64,000 nucleotides of DNA, from the NCBI GenBank assembly GCA_963784355.1, contig CAWAQU010000007.1:125618-189617 (forward strand), given 5' to 3'. A model generated the notes under the pieces. It did not search any database, was not told where the DNA came from, and was given only the letters and a program-made list of their open reading frames with translations. Made by a program: the position numbers and the translations under genes. Position 1 is the stretch's first letter. The number at the start of each line of letters is the position of its first letter. This document shows, piece by piece, positions 1 to 15,000 of the stretch. The stretch is from an uncultured bacterium (lineage in GTDB: Bacteria; Patescibacteriota; JACMRA01).

Positions 1-97
1 TTGTGCCAGATATGTCCTACTCCACCCCCCACCTGTAAATATACTGTAAATATTATACTATTACCTCCTTCTTAACTTACTCCAATCCCATATCCTT

Positions 98-3000
98 TTA
101 CCCAATCTCCACCTGCAACCCAGTAGCAGTAACAGTATAGGTGCCTTGAGGTAAATCAGTAAACTGGAACTTACCATCAACTGCTGTACTTGCTTGTCTA
201 TTTATTGTAATACCATTAGGCCCTGTACCGGATAGATTAACTTGTACACCACCTATTGGCTCATCGTTATCTTCTAAAGTATATATATCCTCATCAAGTC
301 CTGAAATATCAAAACTACCATTATTTTCCTTATCCCTAAATACTTTTCCTGTTATGGAAGAGTTGGAAGTGAGTACCGGAGTAAACTGGAAGAAGTTGAT
401 TGTTGATTTTTGATATATACTTGTATTTGTGATAGTTAGAGTTACCTCACTAACTGAACCTAAGTTGACAGTGGTTGGATCTTCTCTTTCTCCAGACCTA
501 CTTTTAGTTGTATTTGTGTTTAGTTTGCCGGTTAAGTTGTTGAGCTTTTTAATTATGTAAGTACCAGGTTCTAAATATGGGCCTGTATCAAAGTTACCAA
601 TAGTACTGTAAACTACTTCACCATTTTGTTTCTTAACTTCAAAGTTACAACCAGCTACCGGCCCATCAGCTGGGTTGTTGGGATAAGTACTAAGCTGTCC
701 GTCACCATTTTTATCATCAATACACTGCCCCTTTAATTTATTAGTATACACATAAATCAGATTATTTGTGATAACTGTACTATTATCTATATTGACACCA
801 GCTTTAACTATATCAGCATCGCTGTAGTCTACACCTCCAATCATAGTTGTACCCCATACCCACTTTTCACTAAGTATTTTCTTACATTTAATTGTAGTTA
901 AACACTGATCAACTACACCGGAAGCGTACTGAATTGGTATAATAGCGTTAGGAATAGGATTACTCTCCCCCTCGCCATCACTAAACTTATGCAATTTGTA
1001 ATTACCAGTTGGCAGTCCTGTAATTTCGTAGTCTCCGCTTGAGTTTGCTGTAGCTGTGTAGGTACCAAGAGGCCCTACCACAGAAACTACCGTACCTGCA
1101 AGTACCGTTTCCCCAGTATTATATTCATTCTCACCTTGCTCGTCGCGTTGGTTGATAAATACTTTACCCTTAATAATATTGTTAGTGAAAGGACTAAATG
1201 GATAGTTCTTTGCTAAATTTTCACTAGCCAAAATACCTATAGGATCAGGGTTAGATAAACCGCCGCCTAAGGTAATTCCGGATGGAATATTGTTAATACT
1301 AACTGAGTAATTTCCCGGCATCAAATTTCCAATTCCGGTTTGACCGCAACATGGATTTGGGCCAACGTTTGTAGCTACTACAGAGTTATCAGCTGTAGTT
1401 AAAGGATCACCTGTATAAGTCAGGGTAAATCTTATTGGGCCACCTTTTTCAGTTGCTAATTCAGACTCATCCCAGATACCATTGGCAATTGTGTCATGAA
1501 AGGCTCCTATAGTAAAGACTGCATTGTAGTCATAAGTAAAGTCTTGAGTAGTGTTGGTGTCTTGGTATACATATGTCCCTTCAGCAATGCACATTAAACA
1601 AGTTGTGCCACTTGGCGCCACGTCAGCAACTTGTACTCTGTAATATCCTTCAGCAAGGCCTGGGAAGTTGTACTCACCGTTTTGATTAGTATTTTGGGTA
1701 GCAATAAGTATATTATGCATATACAGCTGAATAATTTTTCCACTATATAGCTGTTCATTATCAAAAACAGTTGCCGGATTATTATCTAAACCATTTGCTT
1801 CATAATCAGTGCTGCCTCTGTTTAAATATACTTTTCCACTTATGCTACTATTGTTTGTTGGGATAAAGCCGTAAGTAAGACTAAAGTTTTTAGTGATGTT
1901 ATCAACTGTGAATTGTTTAGTAAGCTCGCTACCGGATAGTGGTGGATAAGGAGACTGCACTTGGGTAAATTCAACTTTGTAATCTTTATTAGGAAGTCTT
2001 TTGAATATGAGTGTAGCTGGGTCTGTATAATCTGTTTGTGAGCTTACATTACCCAGAATATTCCCAGTAACTGCATCTTTAAAGACATAGACTCCTGTAG
2101 TGATTATAGTTTGATCTCTTCTACCATTGCTTTCATCTCCGTCTTGTTGATTGTTATGATTTTGGTCGATATACAACTGATTGCCTACATTACCGGTGTA
2201 TCCAACAGCAAAGTCTCTATTTCTACTATCTACATTAGTTCCAGGAGTGATAGAACCATAATCTCCTCTATTGCGTAAGTTATTAAAGAAATACCAACCT
2301 TTGTCTCCAAGGTAACTATTACACACAGTACTAGGTAAGCCCGTTAAACTTCCTTCTTCAGGTAAAGTTGTGATTTTAACTACCTGATATGCTCCGGGTA
2401 CTATACCTGTAAAGCTGTATTTACCATCACTATCTGTTGTAGTAGTTGGTGGGTTTAGATTCCACTGATTGACGTCGGCTTGAGTTTCTCCATATCCTCC
2501 CTCACATTTTATCAATTTAAACTGAACGCCTGAATATCTAAAGTCATCATCAAAACCATAGTCATGTCCGTCTGAAATACCAGTTTGCCCGTTGTTACCT
2601 AGTGGCTCATAGCTACCGTCTCCATCCCTATCATTCCAGATGTAACTTGTGATTGAAGAAGATGACATATTTGGAACGTAAGCAGCACCAGGATAATATC
2701 TAAAGCTAACCTCAGAAGTACTTCCTAGGTATACTGTAGTATTTTGTTCTGTAGCTGATAGTTCTGAGTAGAGCTGCTGATCAAACGGACTTTGAGAGTC
2801 GGGAATTAGAATAACAGTATAGTCTCTAGGTGGTATTTCTCTAATACAAGGATTTGCTGTGTTTAGAGTATAGATTTCCGTAGTTTGAGTAGATAAATAG
2901 CTATTGTATCTTAGCTGTACTTTGACCCCATAATCCAGTAAATTGGTATCTGTTGAGTCCAAATCACCATCGTTATTTTTATCAACATAGACTAAAGGAC

Positions 3001-6000
3001 AAATCTTGGCGGTGTATTCAAATCCGAAGTTCTTATTTCTTATTTTTTCATTGGTTGTTACAGTACTAGCTAAAATTGAATTAGTCGGAAGCACTGCCTC
3101 AGTACCAAGTGGGGTAGGGACTCTTGTCTCGTAGTCACCCGGTTCAAGATTGATAAATTCATAATTACCATTAACATCAGTGATAGTATAGATAGGAGCA
3201 TCACTAAAGGCATTTGTGGTAGTATTTTTCTTGTATAACCTGACTTCTTTTTCAGTTAAAACTACATCGTTATCAAACACAGTGATTTCCAAAGTATCTT
3301 GACCGTACTTATCAAAAACTCCATTTCCGTTTCTATCAATATATACATTACCTCGAATAGCACCTTTATTGAAGCTAGAGTTATTTGTATAACCAAAGTT
3401 CAAGGTAGTGTAGCTAGATGAAGCTATTGTCACTGCAACATTGTTTCCTCCTGTAGTTGATGAATATCCATTTGGAATAGTCTGCACAACTTTGTAATTA
3501 TTTGGGAATAAATTATTGAAACAATCATTTCCACCACTGGAAGTACTAAAGCTTTTAATTACAGTATTAGGATCACTGGTTCTGTAAAGTTTAGTCAAAA
3601 CACCTGGTATTTGAGCCTCATTTTCATCTTTACTCTCGTTAAAGTTTAAATCGTTGTAAGTATTTACTAAACAGATACTAGAATTACCGTTGTAACCAAA
3701 TTCAATATTTTTAGTTTCATTTGGCTGCAATACGACCAGTTGGTCTCCACCTGTTGTGCTGCTGCTGCCATTAGGAGCATCTTGGGTAATCAAATATTGC
3801 CCTGGAGCTACTCCATTGAAACAAGTGCTATTTGAGTTTGATACAACATCAGTCACTTTAGTTTCTAATATTGTTCCGTCGGTTGATTTTCTGTAGGTTG
3901 TGATGTTATCCAGTAGTATATCCTGGCCACTATTAAATTGACCTGGGGTCACAACATCTTCAAAGGTTTTAGCGGCGCAGATATTACCATTACCATTGAA
4001 ACCGAATTTAGGCCCAGCTTCTACTCCAAAGCTTGTGGTGATTGTTAGGTTTAAAGGTGTGGTATTGCTGTAACCGGTTGGAATATTACTTGCACTCAGC
4101 TTATATTCACCTATTACTTGCGGATTGAAACATTGTTTAGTACTGCTGGTAGTTAGCTCACCGATTGTAATAGTTTCATTACTATTTTTCAGAGTTATTT
4201 TTACTCCACCAAGCCTTACTTCACCACTATCAAAATTACCATTACTATTATCATCTCTAAATACTAAAGGACAAATCTTCGGGTTTCCGTTGTAACCGAA
4301 TTTAACTGTTTTAGTTTCTCCTGAAGTAAAAGTACCAATGGATTGCTCCAGGCCTGTAGTTGAAATAGTATTTTCCAGTAGCGAAGCGGTTACTTTGTAG
4401 TAATTATTGAAAGCAATTATGTCAGTAAAACAGAGAGTGCCATTTGCTTGGAAAGAATTTACTTGATTACCATACTTATCTTTTAAGCTAACTGTAACAC
4501 GCCCGTCGTTTATGAGATTTTCCCCCAAGTCGTAATTTCCGTCGCTGTCATAGTCTTCAAAAATCTGATTAGGACAAATCTGACTATTTCCTTTGTAATT
4601 AAAGATAACATTTTGATCTTGAGCAAAGTTTACAGTCACATTTACTTTGGCAATGTTGGTAGTTTGAGTAAAGCCTCCTGTAGCATTTGTAATGGTAGCT
4701 CCGGTAGGTACAGTTTGCTCTATCCTATAATTACCCGGAATTACATCAGTAAAACAATTACCACTTCCACTTGGTAAATCAGCTCCAACTTGTTGGTTGT
4801 TAGAAACCTTGATTAATTTGCTAATTACACCATCAATTTCAGGCTCACCGGCATTGTTAGTACCATTTTTATTGTAATCATTTATGGCAACAGGGCAGAC
4901 TTTACTGTTACTGTAATAACCAAATTCAGCATTAGTTCCATCATTATTTACGAAGTTTTTAGTTTCCCCATTAGCTAAACTTATATTTCTGGTTTGCTCA
5001 CCTTGAGTTAAGCTTTTTGTGTTAGTGGTATTACCATCAGGAGACTGTTTAACCGTATAATTCCCCGGCATCAAATCTGCAAAACAGTTAGTGTTATTGG
5101 TGTTGAACTGCCTGACTACTTTAGCACTGTCAATTAGAGTTGTTGTATAGCCAGCTATTAAAGGCTCACCCACGTCTTGAATCTTGTTTTTATTATCATC
5201 TCTAAAGGTAGGATTTGGACAAATTTGCCCGGTACCTTTGTATCCGAAGTAGACAGATTTATCAGTTTCAGGATCTAAACTTACAGTCTGAGTTTGGATA
5301 TTTCCGGTTGTTGTACCTGTAGTTGAAACTCCACCAGTTGGAATAATCTGCTCAATAGTGTAAGTTTTGTTTGGACTAACGGCTGCAAAACACTTGGTAG
5401 AAGAACCATCAGAAGTAATAGTTTCAATTACTGATCCGTTATCTTTAAGAGTACTTACTACTCCAATCATTAATGGTTCGTTTTCAAAAGTACCAAAAAC
5501 GCTACTATTATTAATGTAGTCTCTAAATGGTAGGGGACAGACTTTTGCATTTCCTGTAAATACTTCAAAAGTAGAAGAGGCTTGTAAATTAGGGTTGGTG
5601 TCTCCGGCAGTTTGAGTAACTGCTGTATTTCCTGTACCGGCTTGATTTGGAATTGGGTCAACTGTACATACACCGTTTGCTACAACTCCAGTTTCAGTAA
5701 TTGGAGAGTTAAAGCTGGGCCCTGAAAATGTCATACTACAAGTAGCCCCATCCGTACCTTCCAGAGGCTCGTCGTTACCTGTATCTTCCAATCCGCTAGT
5801 TCTAGCTGTAAATTTGTATCCGGCGTATACCTTATTAATTATGGTATTGTTTGCTCCATATGTGGTACTTAAGACTGTGCCTGTATTTTTTAATACTGCA
5901 GTACTGTTAGTTGCCAGTTTAGCTTTACCGCTAGCAAGCAGTCTATAGCCAAAAGCTGTGTCTTGATTGACTCCGAAAGCTAATGTAATAGATTGTCTGA

Positions 6001-9000
6001 CTTTATTGCCAGCTACAGTTCCACCGGTTGAAGATTGTGAGTTGGTGACTAAGTCTTGCTCTACGGTATAGTTTCCTGGAGCAATAGGGCTGAAACAAAT
6101 CTGTCCACTTTGATCTGTAGATACTTGTTGTTTCAAAGTATTTAAATCGCTACTTAGATACAGTCTTGTTATTTTGCTGTTTATTGGTAAATCACTTCCA
6201 CCAAAGCTACCATATCCTGGTTGACCGGCTTTATCTTTTTCCAGATAAGTTCTGTTGATACAGATTTGAGCGTTTCCGTTGTAAGCGAAGTTTTTTGTTT
6301 CAGTTGTATTTACTCCTAAAACTATCTGGTATTTTACTTTTCTATTTAGATTATCTACAATTACCCCGTTATTAGTTGCCAGCGGGAAAGTAAGGGTGCC
6401 TCCTACCGGATAACTCTGCTCTACAAAATATGTATCATCAAAGAGACTATTAAAACAATTATCTATACTTGTATTAGTTCCGTTAGTACCATCTACTGTA
6501 GTCAATGTTTTTCCGGAAATCGGATTTTGATTAGCATCCAGTAATCTGGTAGCTACACCTGCCAGTAAAGGCTCAGTACTTTCTTTAGTACCGTTACTAT
6601 TATCATCTCTAAAGGTATTATTTACACAAATCTTAGAAGTTGGTGAGTACCTTACTTCAGTAGGAGTAGTAGCTGTTTCATAGGTATAGCTCGCGTTGAA
6701 ATCAGTATTAAACACACTTACTACTGTTTTTAAAGTAGCACTTCCCGTAGAGCCTACTTGAGCTGCGGTGAAGTTTGTTGCACATTGTCCTTGGCTATCT
6801 AGTGTTGAAGTAACTGCAACTTCAGGATTTGCTCCGATTTTTAGAATATTTTTACAAGTTTGCCCGGTTAAATTACCGTTATTAGCAAAATTTCTAATAT
6901 TTGGAGAGTAAATTATGGCAGATTGACCGGCAACAAGTGGGTTAGGGGAGAAGGTAAGAGTACCTGGAATAGTCCCTGTAAGACCATTATTACCTGTTAG
7001 GTACAAATCAAAGCGTCTACTAAAGTTTGTTGTGTTTGTAGTTAGGGTCGTGTCATCACCATTTGAATTTTTACCGGCAACAGAGACAGTAAAGCTATAG
7101 CTTCCTTTTAAGTAACCTAACTCACTTCCTGTTGGGCTAGAAGTGCAAGTACCATTACTTGCTGCAGCTGAAGTTAAGCTAAATTGACTACTGTCAGGTT
7201 TAGTGATTTTGAACTCACAAGTAGGCCCGTTTAAAGGTTGATTATTTGCAGAATCTGTAAGGCCTGAAACAGTTAAATTAACACTTGTACCAACAAAAGT
7301 TGTAGTAACAGTAGTAGATCCGTTTACTGTAGGGGAATTGGAGACCGGAGTAGTACCGGTAGCTACCTTTGCTTTGTTTGAAGGAAAGCCTGTAGTTGGT
7401 ATAGTAGTTTGGTTAGTTTCAAAAGGATAGTTTGTACTGCTATAGTTTAAAAGAACTATTGTTTTGACTTTCAAGACACCTGCAGTAATTACATTATTTG
7501 CAATTGTAGTCACACATTTTGAGCTTGCATCAAGAGTTGAAGCGTATTCTATTGGAGTCTGGCTATCAATTTGTACTAGGTTTTTACAAACTAGGCCTTG
7601 AGCTAAGTTAGTCGAGTTATCATATTTTTTGATAGTTGGAGAAGTTAGAGTAGGGTTAGCTCCGCCTGAAACAATCGGGCTACTGCTAGATGTAATACTT
7701 CCCGGTATCTTACCATTTACATCAAAACTAGTTCCATTTGTTAGGTAAATGTCAAAGTATCTGTTGAAATTAGATGTATCCGTAGTCAAGCTACTACTTG
7801 GCCCCGCTACCGAAATACTAGCTGAGTATGTACCTGCTACATATGGTAAATCAGAAGGGGTAAAAGTTTTTTTACACACACCACCAACAATGTTACTATC
7901 AGAAGCAAAGGTTTGGCTATAGCTATTTGGCCCCGTTATATTAAAAGTACAAGGTATACCATTTAAAGCTTGGTCGTTACCGGAGTCTTTTAATCCATCA
8001 AAAGTTAGGACTATATTACTACCGATAAAACCAGGATTAGGATTGGAAGTTAAAGAGTTGTAAATTGGTTTAGTTTGATTTGGTGAAGACTGAGCTTTTG
8101 CTTTATTGGAAGCAGAAGGGTAAACTGGAAAACCAACTACTTTTCCTTCCGTACTACCTCCACTAGTTACGCTTAAATTAGCTGTAAAGCTAGTAGCTTG
8201 AGTATCAACTGTATCGGGCGCAGGGAATGAAGCTGTAGTTACGCATGTACCCTGGCTTACAGTACCAGTTTTGGCTACTGGGGTAGAATAGTTTCCGGGG
8301 CCATTAATTGTAATTGTGCAAGTACCTGAATATACATCTCCTCCATATTTATTTTTAATATTACTTATACCACCTAGGAAAGTAGCTCCGGTTGATACTG
8401 GGTTAGGGTTTGGACTAAATAGAGCTGAAGTTAAATTAGTTTCAGGTGTATTAGGATCATAGATAGTACCAGTACAACCTGAAGTAGTAGCCGGGTAAGC
8501 AGCAGTAGCTGCCTCAGCGCAGTCACCGTTACCAGCTCCACCATTTACTGTAATTGAAGCCGTGGATGTGCCTTGTGACATAGTGCCTGTACGGTTGATG
8601 TAGTAAAGAGCAATACGGCCTCCTGCTCCGGCGCCACCATTTCCAGTAGAGTTTCCTCCTCCACTAGCACTAATACTACCACCACCTGCTAGAGTATTAG
8701 CTGTGAGCCAAATGCTACCTCCTGAGCCTCCTCCACTACCATAAGCACCACCGCTTACATTTCCATTAGCACTAATACTACCATTAACTGTAATAGTACC
8801 AGTTGCTACAAGTTTAATAGCTCCTCCTCCGTTTCCTCCATCTGCCGCACCTGAACAATATCCTCCACTTCCACTACCTCCTGAACCAAGATCAAGTGGT
8901 TCTGTAAGTGATCCATAACTGTTCCCCCCGATATTACCTGTATCAGAATCTCCTCCTTTTCCTCCATAACCTCCACCTGCTCCTCTTTGACCAGAACAAT

Positions 9001-12000
9001 TAGCGGTAGCCGCTCCACCACCAGTACCGTTACCAGGTTGACCTGCGTTGGCACCTCCACCCGTATAACCCCTTCCATTCACATCAATCTTAGCACCTGT
9101 ATCTAACGTAATATTATTTGAGTTAATTATGACACTATTATCATGAGTAGCTACATTAGCTCTATGAGTAATAGTACTACCACTATTAACAGTTAAAGTA
9201 TTAAAGTTATATGTGTTTTTAGTACCTAGAGTAACTAAACTACCTGATTTGACTAAGAAAGTATCTGTTACAGTAGGAGTATTAGTTGTAGTTAAGTCTA
9301 AATTAGCGTTTTCAATAGTTAAATTAATTACTGTAAAAGCTGAACTAATAGGTGTAGTAGCAATATTACTTGAAGCAGTAGTATTTCTAATAATCAAATC
9401 ACCATTAGTTTTATCAGCAGGCTTATCATATATTGTACCTGCTCCTCCAGTTTGAAATCCAGTTCCTCCTGAAGCTGTAACAGCTCCTGAGAAAGTTTTA
9501 CTTGCTGCTGTTGGGTAGTAAAGAGCAATACGGCCTCCTGCTCCGGCGCCACCATTTCCAGTAGAGTTTCCTCCTCCACTAGCACTAATACTACCACCAC
9601 CTGCTAGAGTATTAGCTGTGAGCCAAATGCTACCTCCTGAGCCTCCTCCACTACCATAAGCACCACCGCTTACATTTCCATTAGCACTAATACTACCATT
9701 AACTGTAATAGTACCAGTTGCTACAAGTTTAATAGCTCCTCCTCCGTTTCCTCCATCTGCCGCACCTGAACAATATCCTCCACTTCCACTACCTCCTGAA
9801 CCAAGATCAAGTGGTTCTGTAAGTGATCCATAACTGTTCCCCCCGATATTACCTGTATCAGAATCTCCTCCTTTTCCTCCATAACCTCCACCTGCTCCTC
9901 TTTGACCAGAACAATTAGCGGTAGCCGCTCCACCACCAGTACCGTTACCAGGTTGACCTGCGTTGGCACCTCCACCCGTATAACCCCTTCCATTCACATC
10001 AATCTTAGCACCTGTATCTAACGTAATATTATTTGAGTTAATTATGACACTATTATCATGAGTAGCTACATTAGCTCTATGAGTAATAGTACTACCACTA
10101 TTAACAGTTAAAGTATTAAAGTTATATGTGTTTTTAGTACCTAGAGTAACTAAACTACCTGATTTGACTAAGAAAGTATCTGTTACAGTAGGAGTATTAG
10201 TTGTAGTTAAGTCTAAATTAGCGTTTTCAATAGTTAAATTAATTACTGTAAAAGCTGAACTAATAGGTGTAGTAGCAATATTACTTGAAGCAGTAGTATT
10301 TCTAATAATCAAATCACCATTAGTTTTATCAGCAGGCTTATCATATATTGTACCTGCTCCTCCAGTTTGAAATCCAGTTCCTCCTGAAGCTGTAACAGCT
10401 CCTGAGAAAGTTTTACTTGCTGCTGTTGGGTAGTAAAGAGCAATACGGCCACCTGCTCCGGCGCCTGGAGTACCACCAGTACCAGCGTTACCACCATTAG
10501 CAGTAATACTACCACTACCTGCTAGAGTATTAGCTGTAAGCCAAATGCTACCTCCACTTCCACCTGCTCCTCCATAGCTGCTACTTCCACCATCATTTCC
10601 ATCAGCACTAATACTTCCATTTACTGTAATAGTACCTGTCACTTGTAATTTAATAGCTCCTCCTCCGTTTCCTCCATCTGCCGCACCTGAACAATATCCT
10701 CCACTTCCACTACCTCCTGAACCAAGATCAAGTGGTTCTGTAAGTGATCCATAACTGTTCCCCCCGATATTACCTGTATCAGAATCTCCTCCTTTTCCTC
10801 CATAACCTCCACCTGCTCCTCTTTGACCAGAACAATTAGCGGTAGCCGCTCCACCACCAGTACCGTTACCAGGTTGACCTGCGTTGGCACCTCCACCAGT
10901 ATAACCTCTCCCAACCCCATTAAGCGTACTACCCACACCTATATTCACACTACTTGCATACACTTTAAGTCCAACTCCCTGAGCTACATTTACAGTAGTT
11001 CCTGCTGCTACAGTAAACACTCCTACGTTACAATATCTTCCTGTTAGAGTATCTCCATTAGCTGGAGTAAGATTTGCTCCTTGAAGATCATTATCACAGT
11101 CTAGTTTATTTATACTTACTGTATTTGAGTCTACACTATTACCTGCTCCATTTGCAGCTATTATTTTAAATTGATAATCTTGACCTGGAGTAAGACCTGT
11201 TACTGTACTATTTGGATTTGTATTAACTCCATCATTATATATTGTTTCAGTAGTAAAATTATTTTGACTATATTTAATTATATAATCAGTAATACCACTT
11301 CCATTATCAAAAGGAGTTGTCCATTTTAAAAATACTTTATCTCCTTCTGTTTTATCTACAACTAAATCAGTAATAGGGTTAGCTTTACTAATACCTCCAT
11401 AAGTAAAACTATTAAATACAACTGAACTAGTCCCATCAGAGTTGGTAATCTTTACAGTTTGAGTACCTGTACCACTTGGAGTGTAAATTGTAGCTGTAGT
11501 AGAGTTGACAAGGTCAGCATATACCTCATTAGCTCCTATTTTAACTATGATACCTCTATTTTCAGAAGATAAGCTTGTAGTTGGCATGGAGCTGGTATTG
11601 TATAATCTATACTTGGTGTTTAGGTAGGATTCGATTGTTTGGCGGTCGGGGTTTGAGAGAGAAGAATTAAAAATTAAAGTTTCAGCTATATCTCCACTAT
11701 GATTACCATATGTATCACTACCCAACTGTTTTGGAGCGTACACTGTAGTTTTAGGTGAAGTTAGTCCAGTTCTTACACTTGAACCGTTAAGGTATATGGT
11801 TGGCTGTTTTGCAGTGTACTGTAATCCTATTAAATTGTTTACTGTTCCTACATTTCCATTATATACTGCCAAAGGCGGCATATAGCTGGCCCCATGCTCA
11901 TATATAGAAATACCGTTTGTACCAAGAGAAATACCAGCCCCCGCATCCATATTTGAAGGCCATAGTAAGTATCTTTGCCCACCTGTACCAGTGGCTGTAC

Positions 12001-15000
12001 CATTGCTTTCTGCATCAATCTCATGAGTGACATCAGTTTTTGCTACGGAAAAAACAGTAAAATCATTGGTTGCCGGATGATTAGCACTTGCAATAAAATC
12101 ATTACTACCATCAAACCTAACCACAGGCAACCCATTAATCACCCCACTCTTATACACAGGTTGATTAGCTGCAGTAGCTTGAACAGCATTATTGTTACTT
12201 CCACTTCTATCACTCCATTGACTGACAGCTTGTCCATCAGTACTAGTACCAGCTCCATCATTAGCTTTAAGCCATAACTTATTATTAGTACCACTTAGTA
12301 CTGAACCAAATGAAAAATTATTAAGATTGCTTTGTGAAGTTAAGCTAGGTTCATTATATCTAACAAAAACCTTTTTGCTGCTATTTGCTCCTATACTAGG
12401 TACCTTCACCCATACCACAGTACTACCACTACCACAACCTCCATCTATCCAATAGTTTAAATCAGTAGTTCCATCAGCATCCTTTATTCTTAAATCTCCA
12501 CAATCACTTCTCATTTTACCTGCTGATATTAAAGATTGAGTATCTAATACAAAACTAGTTTCATAGTTACTAAGAGCTGAGCCTGGGTTGGTGAGAGTTA
12601 GTGTTCTTTGGTAAAGATTAGACCCAAAATTGTTACCAGTAATAGTTAGAAAAGTACCTCCACTATTAGGACCTGTATTTGGAGAGATAGATGTAATACT
12701 TGGAGCTACATAACTAAAGCTAAAACTATTACTACCAGTTCCATCTGGATTTACTACTTTAAGCTGTACTGTACCCAAAGCATGAGCTGGTGTAATTACT
12801 TTAAGTTGGGTAGGGGAGATGTATTGGGTTTGAGATATGAGATTACCATCTATGTTGACGCCACCCCCAAAAGAACCTTCTGTATTTGATATTGATACAG
12901 TTGGCATGGAGCTGGTATTGTAGAGTTTGTATTTTGTGTTTAGGTAGGATTCTACCACTGAACTATTTTCCGGACTCAAATCACTACCCAAGCCTATTAT
13001 TTCTGCTATATCAACATTTAGATAGTATGTATTCTCAGTAGCAGCTAATTGCATTGATCTAATATCAGTAGGGCTAGCTGTTTTTAAATTCATCAACATT
13101 GGGCTATCAATAGGGGTAAGATTAAACGGATTCACTAAATCTGTACTATTTTTCCTAACTGCTCTTGGGTATGGGTTGAAATGAAGTATAGTATTCCCTG
13201 ATTCAAATAAACCCATCCTATTCCCGCCTGAGTTTCCAAGTATACCTCCATAACTAGTAAAGTTAGGAGTGTTTGATTTAAAAACTGTAAGATATTGAGA
13301 AATTGCTGCTGGATTTTGTATGTTAAGTGTATCATTACTACCATCAAACCTAATCACAGGTAATCCATTAATCACCCCACTCTTATACACAGGCTGATTA
13401 GCTGCAGTAGCTTGAACAGCATTATTGTTACTTCCACTTCTATCACTCCATTGACTGACAGCTTGTCCATCAGTACTAGTACCAACTCCATCATTGGCTT
13501 TTAACCATAACTTATTATTAGTACCACTTAGTACTGAACCGAATGAAAAATTATTAAGATTACTTTGGGAAGTTAAACTTGAATCTCCATAAGTAAGATA
13601 AACAGTCTTACTACTACTTGCTCCTATACTTGGAACTTTAAACCATACTAAAGTACTACCAGTATTACAACCACTTTCTATCCAATAACTAAGATCAGTA
13701 GTTCCATCAGCATCTTTTATTCTTAAGTCTCCACAATCACTTCTCATCTTTCCACTACTAATCAAACTAGCTGTATCAACCACCACACTTCCTTCATAGT
13801 TAGTTAGGGGAGTAGTTGATGGGTTGGTTATTGTGATTGTTTTTCTTATTCCTATAATACCAAAGTTACTTCCATTAACAATAATCTCTTTACCTCCTGT
13901 TGTAGGACTCTCACTAGAACTTAATGAACTAATACTAGGTGCAGCATAAGTAAAGTTAAGACTACTAGTTTCAGTTCCATCAGCATTAACTATTTTTACT
14001 GTAACTGTACCGGGAGCATGTTGAGGAGTTGTAAACTTGAATTGAGATTGGGAAAGTAACTGAGCGCCACTAACTATAGTTCCATCTAGCTTTACTTTAT
14101 TTAGGGATAATTCACTGCCTATTGTAGTGGTAGCTATACTAGAGGTGTTGTATAGCCTGTATTTAACGTTTAAAAACTTTTCTACATTCTGACGATCTGT
14201 ATTGGATAAAGATGAGTTAAACACCAATACCTCGGCAATTTGTGCATTTGAGTATTCTCCAAAAGAAGGGGTACCATTCAAAGAAATACCATTTGGGCCT
14301 GATAGTCCTCCCGCATTACTTGCTATCAAAGTACCGTTTCCATAAATACTTGAAATCGAACCTGTTCCCCCGCCGGAGTATAAATTCCAGGATGTATCTG
14401 AAGGTGTACTACCGTTAGCTACCCAGCCGTCAGGATGAAATTTATCTTTACCACCTCCCCAGTACCCAAACAACCAGTTATTATTCACACCTGCCATTAC
14501 TCGACTATTAGCCCCTCCAGTCTGCCTAGAGACATAAAGTACGCTATATGGCGGTTGGAAATTTGTATTATTTGTAAGAGTTTGTGAAGCTGCTGCTGAA
14601 AACTCGACTACCGGCAAACCATTTAAAATATTAGATTTAAATTTAGGTTGTCTAGTGGCTGTGGCTTGTGTAAAATTATTATTATTTCCACTCTTATCAC
14701 TCCATTGACTGATTGACTGTCCATCTGCAGTGGCTCCCACTCCGTCATTGGCTTTAATCCATGATTTTAAATTAGCACCCCCTAATATACTGCCAAAGCT
14801 AAAATTTGATATATTACTCTCACTAACCAAACTACTATTACCATAATTCAAATAAATACTCTTACTTGCTCCGGCTGAAATACTAGGTACTTTTGCCCAA
14901 ATTACAGTACTACCACTACCACAACCTCCATCTATCCAATAATTCAAACTAGTAGTTTTATCACTATCCTTTATTCTTAAATCCCCACAATCACTTTTCA

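Noticed and set aside
11579-13576. Diversity-generating retroelement TR/VR pair
   Set aside because: Mismatches between the repeats are not adenine-specific, both copies are in-frame coding, and no reverse transcriptase is in the window.
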